Part shown: in pieces, positions 62,463 through 64,000 of the stretch
Layout: each line of letters starts with the position of its first letter
Numbering within the stretch: position 1 is the stretch's first letter
Origin: Squalus acanthias
Taxonomy: Eukaryota
Assembly (NCBI GenBank): GCA_030390025.1
Contig: CM059425.1
Span: 169,882,001 to 169,946,000, forward strand
DNA: 64,000 bases
Direction: 5' to 3'
Program-made: the position numbers and the translations under genes
Notes under the pieces: generated by a model
Database searches by the model: none
What the model saw: only the letters and a program-made list of their open reading frames with translations
What the model was told of the DNA's origin: nothing

Positions 62463-62795
62463 ATCATAGAATCATAAAACCATACAAATTTACGGCACAG
62501 AAGAAGGCCATTTGGCCCATTGTGTCTGTGCCGGCCAAAAAAGAGCTATCCAGCCTAATCCTACTTTCCAGCTCTTGGTCCGTAGCCCTTTAGGTCACTG
62601 CACTTCAGGTGCATATCCAAGTACTTTTTATATGTGATGAGGGTTTCTACCTCTACCATCCCTTCAGGCAGTGAGTCCCAGACCCCACCACCCTCTGAGT
62701 GAAAAAAATTCTCCTCAACTCCCCTCTAATCCTTCTACCAATTACTTTAAATCTAAGCCCCCTGGTTATTCACCCCTCTGTTAAGGGGAATAGAT
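62463..62795 (-). mobile_element. CR1 LINE 3' end
   Basis: Close match to 20720-21040, including the catagaat tail. Confidence 0.88.
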
Positions 62796-63208
62796 TTGGA
62801 GGAATGCAGAGTTCTCGGAGGGTTGTAGGACTGGTGGAGGTTACAGAGATAGGGACGGGTGAGGCTATGGAAGAATTTGAACATGAGGATGAAAATTTTT
62901 AATCTGAGGCATTGTTAGACCGGAGGCCAATGTAGCTCAGTAAGCACAAGGGTAAAATGGGTGAATGGGACTTGGTGTGGGTTAGGATACGGGCAGCAGA
63001 ATTTTGGACGAGGTCAGGTTTATGGATACTGGTAGATGGGAGGCTGGCCAGGAGAGCATCGAAATAGTCTAGTCTGGAGGTCGCAAAAGTATAGATGAGG
63101 GTTTAAGCAACAGATCGATTAAGGCAGGGTCAGAGACGGGCGAGGTTACGAAGGTGGAAGTAGGCAGTCTTGGTGATTGAGAGGATATGGGGTCGGAAGC
63201 TCATCTTC
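62796..63208 (-). mobile_element. Old L2 LINE fragment
   Basis: Parallels 60385-60780 (ggaggttacagagataggga, gtctggaggt, gaaggtggaagtagg). Confidence 0.7.
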
Positions 63209-64000
63209 AAGATACCAAGAAACATCATTAGGATTTAAGCAACACAAACATTAGGAAAGAAAATGTTAATTCTTATATTTATTTTCCTATTTCTCACTGA
63301 ACAATATGAGCAATTATCGAAATAAATTGATCTCTGTTTATTTTGCCCACTCAGCTTCCCATCTGAAATATGAAAGTTGACTACATCTGCATGCATAGGA
63401 TCAGGCTATTTCTGTGTTTGTTAATTGGAGCCTGTCCACCTCCTTCTGCCTAAGACCTTGAGGTTAATGGAAACTACCTTCTCATTTCATTGCAGGCTAA
63501 ACACGCCATTGTAGTGTGCAAAGCAGATTGCCAAGGGTTGACATTAATAGTTTATTTTACATGTGTGCAAGTGAAAGGGCTTATTATTATAGTGGCTGCA
63601 ATGTGAATCAGCCATTCTGTCAGCTCAAAAATCATGCTTTAAATTGCTATATTTTCACTGGTGATACAGGACGTAAAACAACATACATTTTGAATAGCTG
63701 CCACTGTTAACAAAAAGTAATTTAAAGCTGGGACATTGGCAAAATATAAACACCATGTAGATTTCTGCTCGCACAGACCACGGCAGAGTAATACTAGTGC
63801 AGTATAAACATCTAGTTTTCCTCCCCTAAAAAGTAACTTAAGTTTGCAATAAAATCAGAAAATGCTGGAAAAACACACCAGGTGAATTAGATAGCGCCGG
63901 CCTTCTGGCACAAACTGGGCGCAGGAGATGGTTCCTGTACCAGAACGATTAGGCCCGAGGCACACTCAATATTGGGCCTCAGGCCTCATTTAAATTAGAC

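Overview
Eukaryotic, repeat-saturated genomic DNA. The repeat content (CR1 and L2 LINEs, Deu-domain-like tRNA SINEs, Penelope-like pLTR fragments) points to a cartilaginous fish; this is an inference. I found no convincing host protein-coding gene, rRNA or tRNA gene, or CRISPR array, so the window is probably intronic or intergenic. Nearly all ORFs in the track are transposon-derived or antisense shadows. Main contents: (1) A dense PIF/Harbinger community. It includes one structurally complete 4.3-kb element (2152-6471) with TIRs, a 3-bp TSD, an open 427-aa DDE transposase and a convergent three-exon Myb/SANT gene that has decayed. Several degraded relatives and MITEs accompany it. (2) Many CR1 copies, including a near-full-length one (14821-19505) and an internally deleted one (54241-58020). 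(3) Three insertions of one Penelope-like family. The largest is a ~0.9-kb near-perfect palindrome with a 37-nt tail and 12-bp TSD inside the CR1 RT, and two copies carry a hammerhead-ribozyme-like core. (4) A young Tc1/mariner-type MITE, a probable ~1.5-kb solo LTR and several tRNA-derived SINEs, one of which shares its 3' tail with a LINE in the same window. Family names rest on motif recognition, not database searches. Boundaries of old fragments are approximate.
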